NCBI GenBank assembly: GCA_964589625.1
Contig: CAZPSH010000008.1
Coordinates: forward strand, 1-64,000
Direction of reading: 5' to 3'
DNA: 64,000 nt
Source: an uncultured Thermoanaerobaculia bacterium
Lineage (GTDB): Bacteria; Acidobacteriota; UBA4820; DSQY01
Part shown: positions 20,774 through 29,510 of the stretch, piece by piece
Layout: each line of letters opens with the position of its first letter
How positions within the stretch are numbered: the stretch's first letter is position 1
The notes under the pieces: model-generated
What the model was told of the DNA's origin: nothing
The model's input: the letters and a program-made list of their open reading frames with translations, nothing else
The model's database searches: none
Position numbers and translations under genes: made by a program

Positions 20774-22503
20774 TTCAATGGAGCCGTACGTGCGTGGGGC
20801 TGGCGGTGGCTCTGGGAATGGCCGCTTCTCCCGAAGCCGCGGCGGCTTACAAAGGAATGGCCTTGGGACTGCAGCCCGAGCCCTCCCTCTTTGTCTTCGT
20901 TCTGCGCATTCTGGCCGGAGGCCTGGCACTGGTGCTCCTTCTGGCCGGAGGCAAGGCAAACCGGCTCTCGGCGGGGACTTTCTTCCTGCTCGTGGGCGTC
21001 GGGGTGTCTTACCTCCTTTTGGCCTCCCTGTCCTACCTCCTGGCCGCGGCCGTCGCCTTCTTGTTTCTCGCCTTCCTCATGTGGGTCTTTTTCCACCTGC
21101 CCCGGGTCGGTTCGGCTTTCCTGGCCCTCTGGCCTCTTCCCCTCGCGTACGCCGCGTGGGTCCTGGATCAGGGAATGCTCCGCCCCAAGGCCGTCCCGTT
21201 CCTCCTCCTGGCGGCCAGCGGGACCCTCCTCGGTGCGCTCCTTCCAAGGGCGGGCCAGGTCCTCCAGGCTTCCACGCTGGGCGCGATTCTTCTGGGAGCC
21301 GCCACGCCGTGGAAGGATGGATTCTGGGTCCTGGGAGGGGTGGCGGCGGCTTCCCTGGCCTGGCAGGGCCTCCTCCTCCTGTGGCTGGCCCCGGCTCCCC
21401 TTCCCTGGACCGAATCGGCGGAGGTCCGGTCGCGTCGCCTGAGGCGGGAGTGGGGGCAGACGCTGGGATGGGGGGCGGCAGTCCTCCTCGCCGCGCTTCT
21501 CGCGCCCACTTTCCTCGCGCCGGCGCCGCGAGGCGCTGATGGCGATCCGGCCCGTCTGGGCGCGCTGCGCAAGTCGGGGGCGCTGGGCCGTCCCGGATTG
21601 CTCTTGTCGGCCGCGGACTCCTTCTACCTGTTCGGGAAGGCCCACCCAGTGGCCATTCTCTCGGAGGGTGGCGGCTGGGCCGCCCGGCTGGCCCTTCCCT
21701 TGATGGGTGCGCGCCCCTCGAAGAAAGTGCATCGCCTCCGGACAATCAAGGATGCGCAGGAGGTCGACCGGATCCGACGGGCATCGGCCATCACCGCCCT
21801 AGCGATGGAGCGCGCCCTCCCCCGCATCCGGCCGGGCGCGAACGAATCGGAGGTGGAAGCGGCCGTGCTCGAGACCTTCCGAAACCAGGGGGCTTCCGGG
21901 CTGGCCTTCGAGCCCGTCGTGGGTTCCGGGCCTAACGCCGTGTTGCCCCACTACATGGAAAACGACGCGGAACTTCGGGACGGGTTTCTGGTCCTCGATA
22001 TCGGCTGCACGGTCGGGGGGTACGCCTCGGACATGACGCGGACCTTCCCCGTGGGCGAGGCCACACCCGCCCAAAAGGTTCTTTATCGAACGGTGCTCCA
22101 GGCCAAGGGGGCCGCCGCCGCCGCCGCCCGCCCGGGCGCCCGCTACTCCAGCGTGGACAAGGCCGCCCGCGACGTCATCGAAAAGGCGGGCTTCGGCCCC
22201 TACTTCATCCACGGCATCGGCCACCACGTGGGTATCGACGTCCACGATGTCCACGCCGGGACCCTGGCCCCGGGGATGATCTTGACCCTCGAACCGGGAA
22301 TCTACATTCCGGCGGACGCCGATGTGGATCCGGCCTACCGGAACCTCGGCGTGAGGATCGAGGACACCTATCTGATCACAGAGGCGGGGGCCGAACGCCT
22401 CGGGGGGTATCCCGAGGACCCGCTCGGGCTAGCCCGGGAGGACTTGCCGGCCGATTCCACGGGGGACGGCCCGCCCCTCACGGATCCGGACAGACCCTCC
22501 TGA
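20770..22503 (+). CDS. M24-family Xaa-Pro aminopeptidase with a long N-terminal multi-TM domain
   Basis: C-terminal pita-bread motifs (HGIGHHVGIDVHD, GMILTLEPGIY) after ~280 aa of hydrophobic helices. Confidence 0.8.
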   Translation: MIQWSRTCVGLAVALGMAASPEAAAAYKGMALGLQPEPSLFVFVLRILAGGLALVLLLAGGKANRLSAGTFFLLVGVGVSYLLLASLSYLLAAAVAFLFLAFLMWVFFHLPRVGSAFLALWPLPLAYAAWVLDQGMLRPKAVPFLLLAASGTLLGALLPRAGQVLQASTLGAILLGAATPWKDGFWVLGGVAAASLAWQGLLLLWLAPAPLPWTESAEVRSRRLRREWGQTLGWGAAVLLAALLAPTFLAPAPRGADGDPARLGALRKSGALGRPGLLLSAADSFYLFGKAHPVAILSEGGGWAARLALPLMGARPSKKVHRLRTIKDAQEVDRIRRASAITALAMERALPRIRPGANESEVEAAVLETFRNQGASGLAFEPVVGSGPNAVLPHYMENDAELRDGFLVLDIGCTVGGYASDMTRTFPVGEATPAQKVLYRTVLQAKGAAAAAARPGARYSSVDKAARDVIEKAGFGPYFIHGIGHHVGIDVHDVHAGTLAPGMILTLEPGIYIPADADVDPAYRNLGVRIEDTYLITEAGAERLGGYPEDPLGLAREDLPADSTGDGPPLTDPDRPS

Positions 22504-23437
22504 TTTCCGAGCGGAGGCGGTCGAGGTCCTCCTCCCCCCGGGGGCCCCATCCCTCCTCCCGCCTCCTGCGCCCGAAGGCGAGTTCCACCAGGGCCCTCCT
22601 CAGGAGCTGGACCGAGCCCCTCCGGATGTGCGGGCCCCGGTAGCCCGAAAAGGGCAGTACGGCAAGGGCTCTCAACGGGATCCGGTTTTCCCGGACCTCG
22701 TTTCGCAAGCGGTTGACGATCCAGCGCCTCTCCACGGCCCAGAGAACGGGAACCACCATCAGGAGGCCGACGCCGCCCACCCAGTGGACGAACAGGGCCG
22801 CGGCGACTCCTGAGAGGTCGAGGGAGGCCAAGAGGTTGTGCAGGGCATGGAGCCCGATGGCCGCCGCCAGTCCCATTGGGGGGAAAAAGAGGACGGCGAG
22901 GGGGTTGCGGTGAAAAACCCGGCCCAGGCCAAACCCGACCCCCGTGAGCGCCGTGAAGAGGGAGTGGTTGAGCATGAAACCGACGTTTCGGACGCCGAAG
23001 ACGAGGGCACCCAACTCCACTCCCCCCTGGGAGAGGGCCCCGACGAAGTAGAAGAGGTCCTCCACGAAGGAGAACCCCACCCCGACGGCGGCCCCGTAAA
23101 CCATCCCATCGAGGACATCGTCGAACTCCTTCTGATAGAGCAGGATGGCAAGGAGCAGGGCGGCCGCCTTGGCCACCTCCTCCACGGGGGGAGCCAGGAA
23201 GACCGTGCTGAGCAGGGCCCCCGCCTGCGGTCCCGCGAGGACCTGGAGGGGAACCTGCACGGCGGTCTCGAGCACGCAGGAGAGCAGGATCGCGGGGACG
23301 GCCCCCCATCCGGCGCACAGGAGCAGGATGGACCAGGGCTCTCTCTCGTACCGGTCGGCCAGCCAGATGAGGGTGAGGAGGAGTGCAGAAAGGGGCAGGT
23401 TGACGGCCAGGTAGAGGGCGAGGGACGCGAATCCCAT
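22478..23437 (-). CDS. prsW: PrsW-family intramembrane metalloprotease
   Basis: Multi-TM protein with PrsW signature elements (VEEVAKAAAL, FSFVEDLFY, HALHN). Confidence 0.7.
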   Translation of the reverse strand: MGFASLALYLAVNLPLSALLLTLIWLADRYEREPWSILLLCAGWGAVPAILLSCVLETAVQVPLQVLAGPQAGALLSTVFLAPPVEEVAKAAALLLAILLYQKEFDDVLDGMVYGAAVGVGFSFVEDLFYFVGALSQGGVELGALVFGVRNVGFMLNHSLFTALTGVGFGLGRVFHRNPLAVLFFPPMGLAAAIGLHALHNLLASLDLSGVAAALFVHWVGGVGLLMVVPVLWAVERRWIVNRLRNEVRENRIPLRALAVLPFSGYRGPHIRRGSVQLLRRALVELAFGRRRREEGWGPRGEEDLDRLRSEIRRVCPDP

Positions 23438-23440
23438 CGG

Positions 23441-24394
23441 CTACCCCGGCCCCGGTTCGGCCATGGAGTGGATCAGGGCGCGGAGGTGCCGGCCGTCGGA
23501 GCCGCAACAGCCACCCAAGAGGCTCAATCCGAACCGACGGTGCAAGTCCAGCAGGCCGGCTCCGAAGGACTCGGGGGATTCGGCGTCCAACTCGGGCCTT
23601 CCATCCAGCTCCTCCGGACTCAAGGGGGAGGTGTTGGCCTGGATTCCCCGGAGCCTGTCTCGAAGTCTGGCATCACCAACCCGGGCTTCCGCCGCCGCGA
23701 GGGCCGAAGCCGCGTTGCGGGCGTGGACGCAGTTCAGCATGTGGAGGAGAGGGGGGGTGGGGGTCCCCTGGTCCACAAGGTCCACGGCTTCCTCCAGCGG
23801 GGTCCCGTCGAGGAGGTACCCCGAGGGGCGGACCACATAGCTCGCCACGTAGGGAAGCCCGGTGCGGGCCAAGGCGCGGCACAAGCCGAGGGCTTCGGGC
23901 AGGGTGCACTGGGTGGCCGCCTGGAACCCGTCGACGCCCGCCCGCGCCAGCGCCTCCGCCTGGGGGCCGTGGAAAACCTCGGCCTTCGCGGCTGGGAGGC
24001 CCTCTTCGGGCCGGTAGGCATCCCCCCGGCTTCCCATGAGGCCCAGGATGAGCACCCGATCCCCGTAGGGGCCACACGCCCCGCGGAGATCTCGGAGGAA
24101 CCGGACCGCCTCCCCGTTCACGTCCGAGCCCTCCAGACCCGCGGCCCGGAGCCTCTCCAGGTTGGACCGCCAGGTGGGGGTAAGAAGGATGAGGGGAACG
24201 CCCGCTTCCCGCCCGATGTCGAGGTACTCCTCGTAAATGCGACCGAGGGCGAGGCGCCCCGCAGCGGAGAGAACCAGCCCGGCGTGGACCACGTGAGGGT
24301 CGAGACGGATCGCCGGGTCTCGCCGAAGTCGCTCCACCACGGCACCTTCCAGGAGGATCCACGGAGCAGAGCCGACGGCTGTGGAGACGTCCAT
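23441..24394 (-). CDS. Homocysteine S-methyltransferase family protein
   Basis: ILLEGAVVERL ... LLGGCCGSDGRHLRAL matches the Pfam S-methyl_trans pattern, including the GGCCG zinc-binding end. The stop is 4 nt from the prsW start. Confidence 0.7.
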   Translation of the reverse strand: MDVSTAVGSAPWILLEGAVVERLRRDPAIRLDPHVVHAGLVLSAAGRLALGRIYEEYLDIGREAGVPLILLTPTWRSNLERLRAAGLEGSDVNGEAVRFLRDLRGACGPYGDRVLILGLMGSRGDAYRPEEGLPAAKAEVFHGPQAEALARAGVDGFQAATQCTLPEALGLCRALARTGLPYVASYVVRPSGYLLDGTPLEEAVDLVDQGTPTPPLLHMLNCVHARNAASALAAAEARVGDARLRDRLRGIQANTSPLSPEELDGRPELDAESPESFGAGLLDLHRRFGLSLLGGCCGSDGRHLRALIHSMAEPGPG

Positions 24395-24568
24395 GCACGG
24401 TCCCTCGAGAAACCTCGCGCAGTGATTGTACCTCACGCTCGTGCCACCACACACGTCGCCCGCCTCCCGTTTGGGGCCATCCCGCGTACGGTCGGTCCCT
24501 CGCCCTGCCCGCACTTGCGCCTGAACCTCCGGGGCCCTATTCTGGGCGCTCGAGCGCGCGAGGGAGCC

Positions 24569-26446
24569 ATGGCCAACGGGCCGTACGATCCGGATGTGTA
24601 TCGAAGGTTCGCGGAGAATCTGCGAGCCTCCCTCGCGGGGGACAACGTGGAACGGGCGTCCATGCGCCGTTTGCGGAAGCGGGCTCTGCAGACCGCTTTT
24701 CGCACGCGGAGCGGAGCGCCCCTGTGGTGGTCGGCCGTCTCCTCCCGCGTCGCTTCCAAGACCGTTTACCTCGGGTCGGGTCCGGACGTCGTTCTTCCCA
24801 GACCCAGCGCGGAACAGTTGGCCATCGTGGCGCGCGCGCCCGAGCAGCTCCACAAGGTGCTCCAGCTCGTACGCACCATGCCCTTCGTTCACGCACGGAG
24901 GCAGATGGGAGACAATCCCGAGTTCAACCCGATCTGCAACCTCTTTGTGTGCACGGCCGACGCCAAGAATTACCGCCTGGCCTACGAATGGGCTTCCACC
25001 ATGGGCGACGTGAAGCGGGGACGGCCCGGCCCCGAGTTCTTCATGATCCACATCCCCATGGAGCACCAGCTCCGGATGCAGGTGCTGACCTTGCCCGAAC
25101 AGGACGTGAACGTGGCCCTCGGAACCGACTACACGGGGGAGTGCAAGAAGGGATTCCTCCGCCAGGCCATGTACCGCGCCGACCAGCGCGGGATGCTGGG
25201 CCTGCATGCCGGCACGAAGATCGTGAGGGCCCGGGACGAGAAGTCGGGTAAGCTCAAGACCTACGCGGTCTTCCTGTTCGGCCTCACGGCCACGGGAAAG
25301 TCCACCTGGTCCTGCCACCAGCTCGGACTCGATCCGGACGCGGGCGAGGGCACCTGGGTGGCCCAGGACGACATCGTCCTCCTCCGGCGCGACGGCTCCT
25401 CCTACGGAACGGAGCAGAACTACTACGTCAAGACGGACGTGGACCTTACGATGCAGGAGGCCATGTACCGCGCCCTGTCTCACCGGAGCGCCCTGCTCGA
25501 AAACGTCATGGTGAATCACCGCGGGGAGGTCGACTTCCTGGACGAGCGCCTCGGAGAAAACGGCCGCGGGGTGCTCGACCGCCGGGAACTCAAGGTGAAA
25601 CGCGGCGGGCGGACCGTATCCATCTGCCACGACTCCATCAATACCCCGCCCCTCGAGGAGGTGGACGGAATCGTCTTCGCCTTCATCACGCGGCGCAACA
25701 CCATCATGCCCTTTGCCCAGCGGCTCACGCCCGAGCAGGGGGTCCTGGCCTACCTGTGGGGCGAATCCAGCCACTCCTTCGCCACGGTTCCCGCCAAGGC
25801 GGGGGAATCGGTTCGCATCGTGGGGATGGACGATTTCATCATCGGCGCCCAGGGCCGGAAGGTGAACGCCTTCTACGATATCGTGAAAGACCTATGTTCC
25901 CGGCACCCCGGTAAGGTCCACTTCCTGCAGTACAACACCGGCGGGATGGGAGAGGTCATCGAAGTCGACGGCGCCTCCGGGAAGAAGACCCTGGTTCGAA
26001 AGGTCCAGCGGGTCCCCATCGACCTGATGGCCGCCCTGCAACGGGGGGACCTGAGGGGCTCCAACGTGCACCGGAAGGGACGCTTCGGGACCGAGGAGGT
26101 GGTTGCCTGCGAAGGGGCCGACCTCTCGGCCTGGGATCCGGCGCGCTTCTATTCGGAGGACAAGATCGCCGGTTTCGTGCGGGAAATCGTGGAGGGCCGC
26201 CGCGCCTTCACCGAAGAGATCGCCGCACAGGGACTCAAGAAGGAGATCCGCGACCTCGCCCACCGGGAACTGGATGCGGTGGACGGGCGAACGCCGCGGG
26301 TGGAGCCGTGGGCCCCGTCGGTTCCGGGCGCTTCCGAGGCCGCCGAGGACCGCCTGCCCCTCTCCCCCTACATCGCGCCGTGGGAGCCGCGCCGCTCGGG
26401 CCGGGACCCCCCTTCCCTTCCGAAGGGGAGGCGGCTGAGCCCATGA
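24569..26446 (+). CDS. Phosphoenolpyruvate carboxykinase (ATP)-family protein, divergent and long (625 aa)
   Basis: PEPCK-ATP landmarks in order: LGTDYTGECKKGF (compare GGTWYGGEMKKG), kinase-1a FLFGLTATGKST (compare FFGLSGTGKTT), VAQDDIVLLRRDGSSYGTEQNYYVKT (compare IGDDEHGW..EGGCYAKT), and LQYNTGGMG (compare VNTGWNG). Confidence 0.65.
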   Translation: MANGPYDPDVYRRFAENLRASLAGDNVERASMRRLRKRALQTAFRTRSGAPLWWSAVSSRVASKTVYLGSGPDVVLPRPSAEQLAIVARAPEQLHKVLQLVRTMPFVHARRQMGDNPEFNPICNLFVCTADAKNYRLAYEWASTMGDVKRGRPGPEFFMIHIPMEHQLRMQVLTLPEQDVNVALGTDYTGECKKGFLRQAMYRADQRGMLGLHAGTKIVRARDEKSGKLKTYAVFLFGLTATGKSTWSCHQLGLDPDAGEGTWVAQDDIVLLRRDGSSYGTEQNYYVKTDVDLTMQEAMYRALSHRSALLENVMVNHRGEVDFLDERLGENGRGVLDRRELKVKRGGRTVSICHDSINTPPLEEVDGIVFAFITRRNTIMPFAQRLTPEQGVLAYLWGESSHSFATVPAKAGESVRIVGMDDFIIGAQGRKVNAFYDIVKDLCSRHPGKVHFLQYNTGGMGEVIEVDGASGKKTLVRKVQRVPIDLMAALQRGDLRGSNVHRKGRFGTEEVVACEGADLSAWDPARFYSEDKIAGFVREIVEGRRAFTEEIAAQGLKKEIRDLAHRELDAVDGRTPRVEPWAPSVPGASEAAEDRLPLSPYIAPWEPRRSGRDPPSLPKGRRLSP

Positions 26447-27132
26447 AGACGTTCCGACCGCCCGGAGCGGGGCTTGCGGCCCTGGCCGGCGTGGCTCTCT
26501 GCGCCTCCTCGTTTCTCGCCTCCGGCCCTCCCGGGCCCTCCACGGTATGGGTGGAAACCTTCGCCAGCGCCGCCTCCTTCCGGGCGGAGTGGACCGTGAA
26601 GAAGTGGCGGGGGGCGGTGGACCTGCTCTTCGAAACGTCCCAGGGCGCCCCGGCCTTGGATCTCGTCAGCCGGTCCTCCTCGTGGGCCTTCCTCCGAAGG
26701 GTGGACGTGGACCTCACCAGAACCCCCGTTCTCGCCTGGTCTTGGCGCGTGGACGCGTACCCGCCATCGGGGGACGGCCGGCGGGCCGAATCGGACGACG
26801 AGCCCGCCCAGGTGTACGTGTTCTTCCCGGGGAGGGGCCCCGCGGGAAGGCTCCAGCCCCGCATCCTCGGTTACACCTGGGAGACGGTGCCCGAGGCCGG
26901 AACGTTCTACCATTCGCCCAAGAACGACGGGACCCGGGTTTTCGTCCTGAGAAGCCGCAGGGATGGCCAGGGCATTTGGGCTTCGGAGGCGAGGGACGTG
27001 GCGGGGGACTTCGAGAGGGCCTTCGGAGAATCCGCGCCACGGCCCCTCGCCGTCTGCTTCCAGATCGACTCGGACGACACGGCCTCCACGGCCCGAAGCG
27101 CCTTCGCCGCCCTCCGCTTCACGTCGCGCTGA
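26443..27132 (+). CDS. DUF3047-like secreted protein
   Basis: Signal peptide, ~230 aa, AEWTVKKW...VDVDLTRTPVLAWSWRVD pattern. The ATG overlaps the upstream stop (ATGA). Confidence 0.5.
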   Translation: MKTFRPPGAGLAALAGVALCASSFLASGPPGPSTVWVETFASAASFRAEWTVKKWRGAVDLLFETSQGAPALDLVSRSSSWAFLRRVDVDLTRTPVLAWSWRVDAYPPSGDGRRAESDDEPAQVYVFFPGRGPAGRLQPRILGYTWETVPEAGTFYHSPKNDGTRVFVLRSRRDGQGIWASEARDVAGDFERAFGESAPRPLAVCFQIDSDDTASTARSAFAALRFTSR

Positions 27133-27146
27133 ACCCGAGCCGCCCC

Positions 27147-29486
27147 TCAGGTCCCCGAAAGGGCGTCCAGGAGGAGCCGGGCCTGGGCCTCGGGGCTTCC
27201 CACAGACGTGTTCAGAAGGACCGTGCGGCAGAGGGCGAAGAGGCTCTCGTGGCGGGCGCGGAGTTGGTCCACGCGGCTTGCGTCGAAGAGGCCCCGAAGG
27301 TGGGGATTGAGCAGGGAAGGACCCAAGCCCCGGTGGCCGGGGAGGCTGCCGTCGGCCAGCATGCGGGCGGCGTCCCGTGGCTCCAGCGCCTTCAGCCCGG
27401 GCAGGACGGGATCCCTGGCCAACAGGACGCAGAGCCTCAGCAAGGTCCGCCGCGTATGACGAGCGGATCCCCCAAGCCAGTATGGATCCAACATGAGGCG
27501 CCCGTCCACGCTGGCGACGGGGCAGGCCGGGGCGCCCTTGTCCAGGGGGCACGCGTCCGAATTCTTGCAGTACTCGACCCGGCAGTCCTCCCTCCGCGTG
27601 ACCACGTTTTCCAGCTTGGACCTCTCCAGGAGGGCCTCGATCTCCGGCAGATGTTTGGCCCACTTGGCCTTGAGGTAGAGCTTCCTTTCTGGAAGGTCGG
27701 CCGTGGCGCCGCCCGCTCCGAGGCGGACCAGGACCACCTCGGAGGCCACCAAGCGGGCGCCGTCGCGCGCGAGGGCCGCGGCGAGGAGGCCCGTCCGCCC
27801 CGTCCCCGGCCCGCCCCAAACGAGGGCCCCCGCACCGCCGACGTCGAGGGCGGCGGCGTGGGCGAGGAAGGCCCCCGAGGTCCGGGAGGCGGTCTCCCCC
27901 GCGAGGGCCAGGGCCGCCGAGCGGACCTGACCGTACAATGCCGTGTTGAAGAGGAAGGCCGTGGCCGTCTCCGGGGAGAGGTGGGCCTGGGGCTCCCTCC
28001 CGGGGGCGTCCTTCACGGCGTAGACCACCGCGTGGGGCTCAATGTCCCCCTCCAGGGAGGCGGGGTAGAAGTTCTCCTGAAAAAAGTCGGCGAGGTGGGG
28101 GGAGTTCGTCCTCAATTGGACGACGGCCCCGCAGAGGGAAGCGTTCCATTCGAAGTAGCTGTCGGCCGGAATCCCGCTCTGGGCCTCCTTAAGGAGGGCG
28201 TTTCGGGCCTCGAATCCCGCGACGGGACGGGCTTCCACGCAGTCCCTCACCTTCGTAAGGACGTTGTTAAGGGCCCTGGGCTTCAGGCGCCGCGGGGCTT
28301 CCAGGCGGGCTAGGGCCCGGGCGATCCGGCGCAGGCCCTCCTCGATGCGGTCCATGGAGGAGGCGAAGGAGAGCCGCAGGTGCTCTCCCGCCTGGAAAGC
28401 CTCCCCGGGAACCACGGCCACGTGGGCCTCTTTGAGGAGATAGTAGGCAAGGCCATAGGTGTTTCGGACCGGAGCCCCGTGGAACTCCTTGTCGAGGTAG
28501 GCGGAGACGTTGGGCAGAACGTAAAAGGCTCCCGACGGTGTCCCGCAGGAAAGCCCCGGGATGGACTGGAGCCGGTAGACGATGGCGTTCCGGCGCCTCT
28601 CGAACTCCTGGCGCATCCTCTCCACATCCGTGGAGCAGGAACGAAGGGCCTCCACGGCGGCCTTCTGGACGAAGGACGTGGCGTTGGATGTGGCGTGGGA
28701 CTGGATCTTGGAGCATGCCGAGATGATCTCCTTCGGTCCCGCCGCGTAGCCGAGCCGCCAGCCGGTCATCGAGAAGGCCTTGGAAAAGCCGTTCACCACC
28801 ACGGAGATCTTGCGGATGGCCTCCCCGAGGGAGGCGATGGAAACGAACCGCCGTCCGTCGTAGAGGAGCTTCTCGTAAATCTCGTCGGAGAGGACGAGGA
28901 CCTGCTCCTTGACGCACACCTCGGCCAGGCCTTCCAGGTCTTCGCGGGAGTAGGTGGCTCCCGTCGGATTGCAGGGATAGTTGAGCACGAGGGCCTTGGT
29001 GTTGGGCGTGATGGCGGCCTGCAGGTCCCGCGCCTGGAGCCGGAAGCCCTCCTCCTCCCGGGTGGGGACGAAGACCGCGTTGGCGCCCGCCACGCGGACC
29101 TGGTCGGGATAGGAGACCCAGCACGGTGTGGGAATCAGGACGTCGTCTCCGGGCTCGAACAAGGAGAGGGCCAAGTGGAAGAGGTTGGCCTTGGCACCCG
29201 GAGAGACGATCACCTCCTCGGGCGAATAGGGCAGGTTGTTCTCTCGCTCGAGCTTCTCGCAGATCGCCCGCTTGAGTTCGGGGATGCCGTCGTTGGCCGT
29301 GTACTTGGTGAAGCCGGCGTCCAGCGCGGCCTTGGCCGCGCGGTTCACCGGGTCGGGCGTGGGGAAATCGGGCTCCCCCACGGAGAAATCCACTACGTCC
29401 ACGCCCTGGGCCTTCATCTGTTGCGCCCTCGCCGTGATCCGGAGGGTGGGGCTCATCCCGATTCGGTTCACCCGTTCCGTCAGCAT
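27147..29486 (-). CDS. Fusion protein: class-I PLP aminotransferase (AspAT-like) N-domain plus HprK-like P-loop domain with a Cys-rich C-terminal region
   Basis: N-terminal ~400 aa carry aminotransferase motifs (SPGAKANL, NGFSKAFSMTGWRLGY). From ~aa 500 the sequence (AFLAHAAALDVGGAGALVWGGPGTGRTGLLAAALARDGARLVASE) parallels the HprK C-domain (H.AxVxVxGxGVLIxGxSGxGKS..ALxLIxRGHRLVADD), with the P-loop Lys replaced by Arg. One continuous 779-aa ORF. Confidence 0.6.
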   Translation of the reverse strand: MLTERVNRIGMSPTLRITARAQQMKAQGVDVVDFSVGEPDFPTPDPVNRAAKAALDAGFTKYTANDGIPELKRAICEKLERENNLPYSPEEVIVSPGAKANLFHLALSLFEPGDDVLIPTPCWVSYPDQVRVAGANAVFVPTREEEGFRLQARDLQAAITPNTKALVLNYPCNPTGATYSREDLEGLAEVCVKEQVLVLSDEIYEKLLYDGRRFVSIASLGEAIRKISVVVNGFSKAFSMTGWRLGYAAGPKEIISACSKIQSHATSNATSFVQKAAVEALRSCSTDVERMRQEFERRRNAIVYRLQSIPGLSCGTPSGAFYVLPNVSAYLDKEFHGAPVRNTYGLAYYLLKEAHVAVVPGEAFQAGEHLRLSFASSMDRIEEGLRRIARALARLEAPRRLKPRALNNVLTKVRDCVEARPVAGFEARNALLKEAQSGIPADSYFEWNASLCGAVVQLRTNSPHLADFFQENFYPASLEGDIEPHAVVYAVKDAPGREPQAHLSPETATAFLFNTALYGQVRSAALALAGETASRTSGAFLAHAAALDVGGAGALVWGGPGTGRTGLLAAALARDGARLVASEVVLVRLGAGGATADLPERKLYLKAKWAKHLPEIEALLERSKLENVVTRREDCRVEYCKNSDACPLDKGAPACPVASVDGRLMLDPYWLGGSARHTRRTLLRLCVLLARDPVLPGLKALEPRDAARMLADGSLPGHRGLGPSLLNPHLRGLFDASRVDQLRARHESLFALCRTVLLNTSVGSPEAQARLLLDALSGT

Positions 29487-29510
29487 GAGGTCACCTGCGA
29501 ACGCGCTTCG

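Noticed and set aside
22838-24568. The 1202-aa ORF 22838..26446 as a single giant protein
   Set aside because: Only the portion from the ATG at ~24569 shows PEPCK-family homology and an RBS-like context. The upstream 1.7 kb is antisense to prsW and the homocysteine S-methyltransferase gene and translates to junk.
24560-24730. Apparent 1-nt frame inconsistency when counting codons by eye around the PEPCK-like start
   Set aside because: The ORF track shows one uninterrupted reading frame through this region. I attribute the discrepancy to my manual position counting on the printed sequence, not to a real frameshift.
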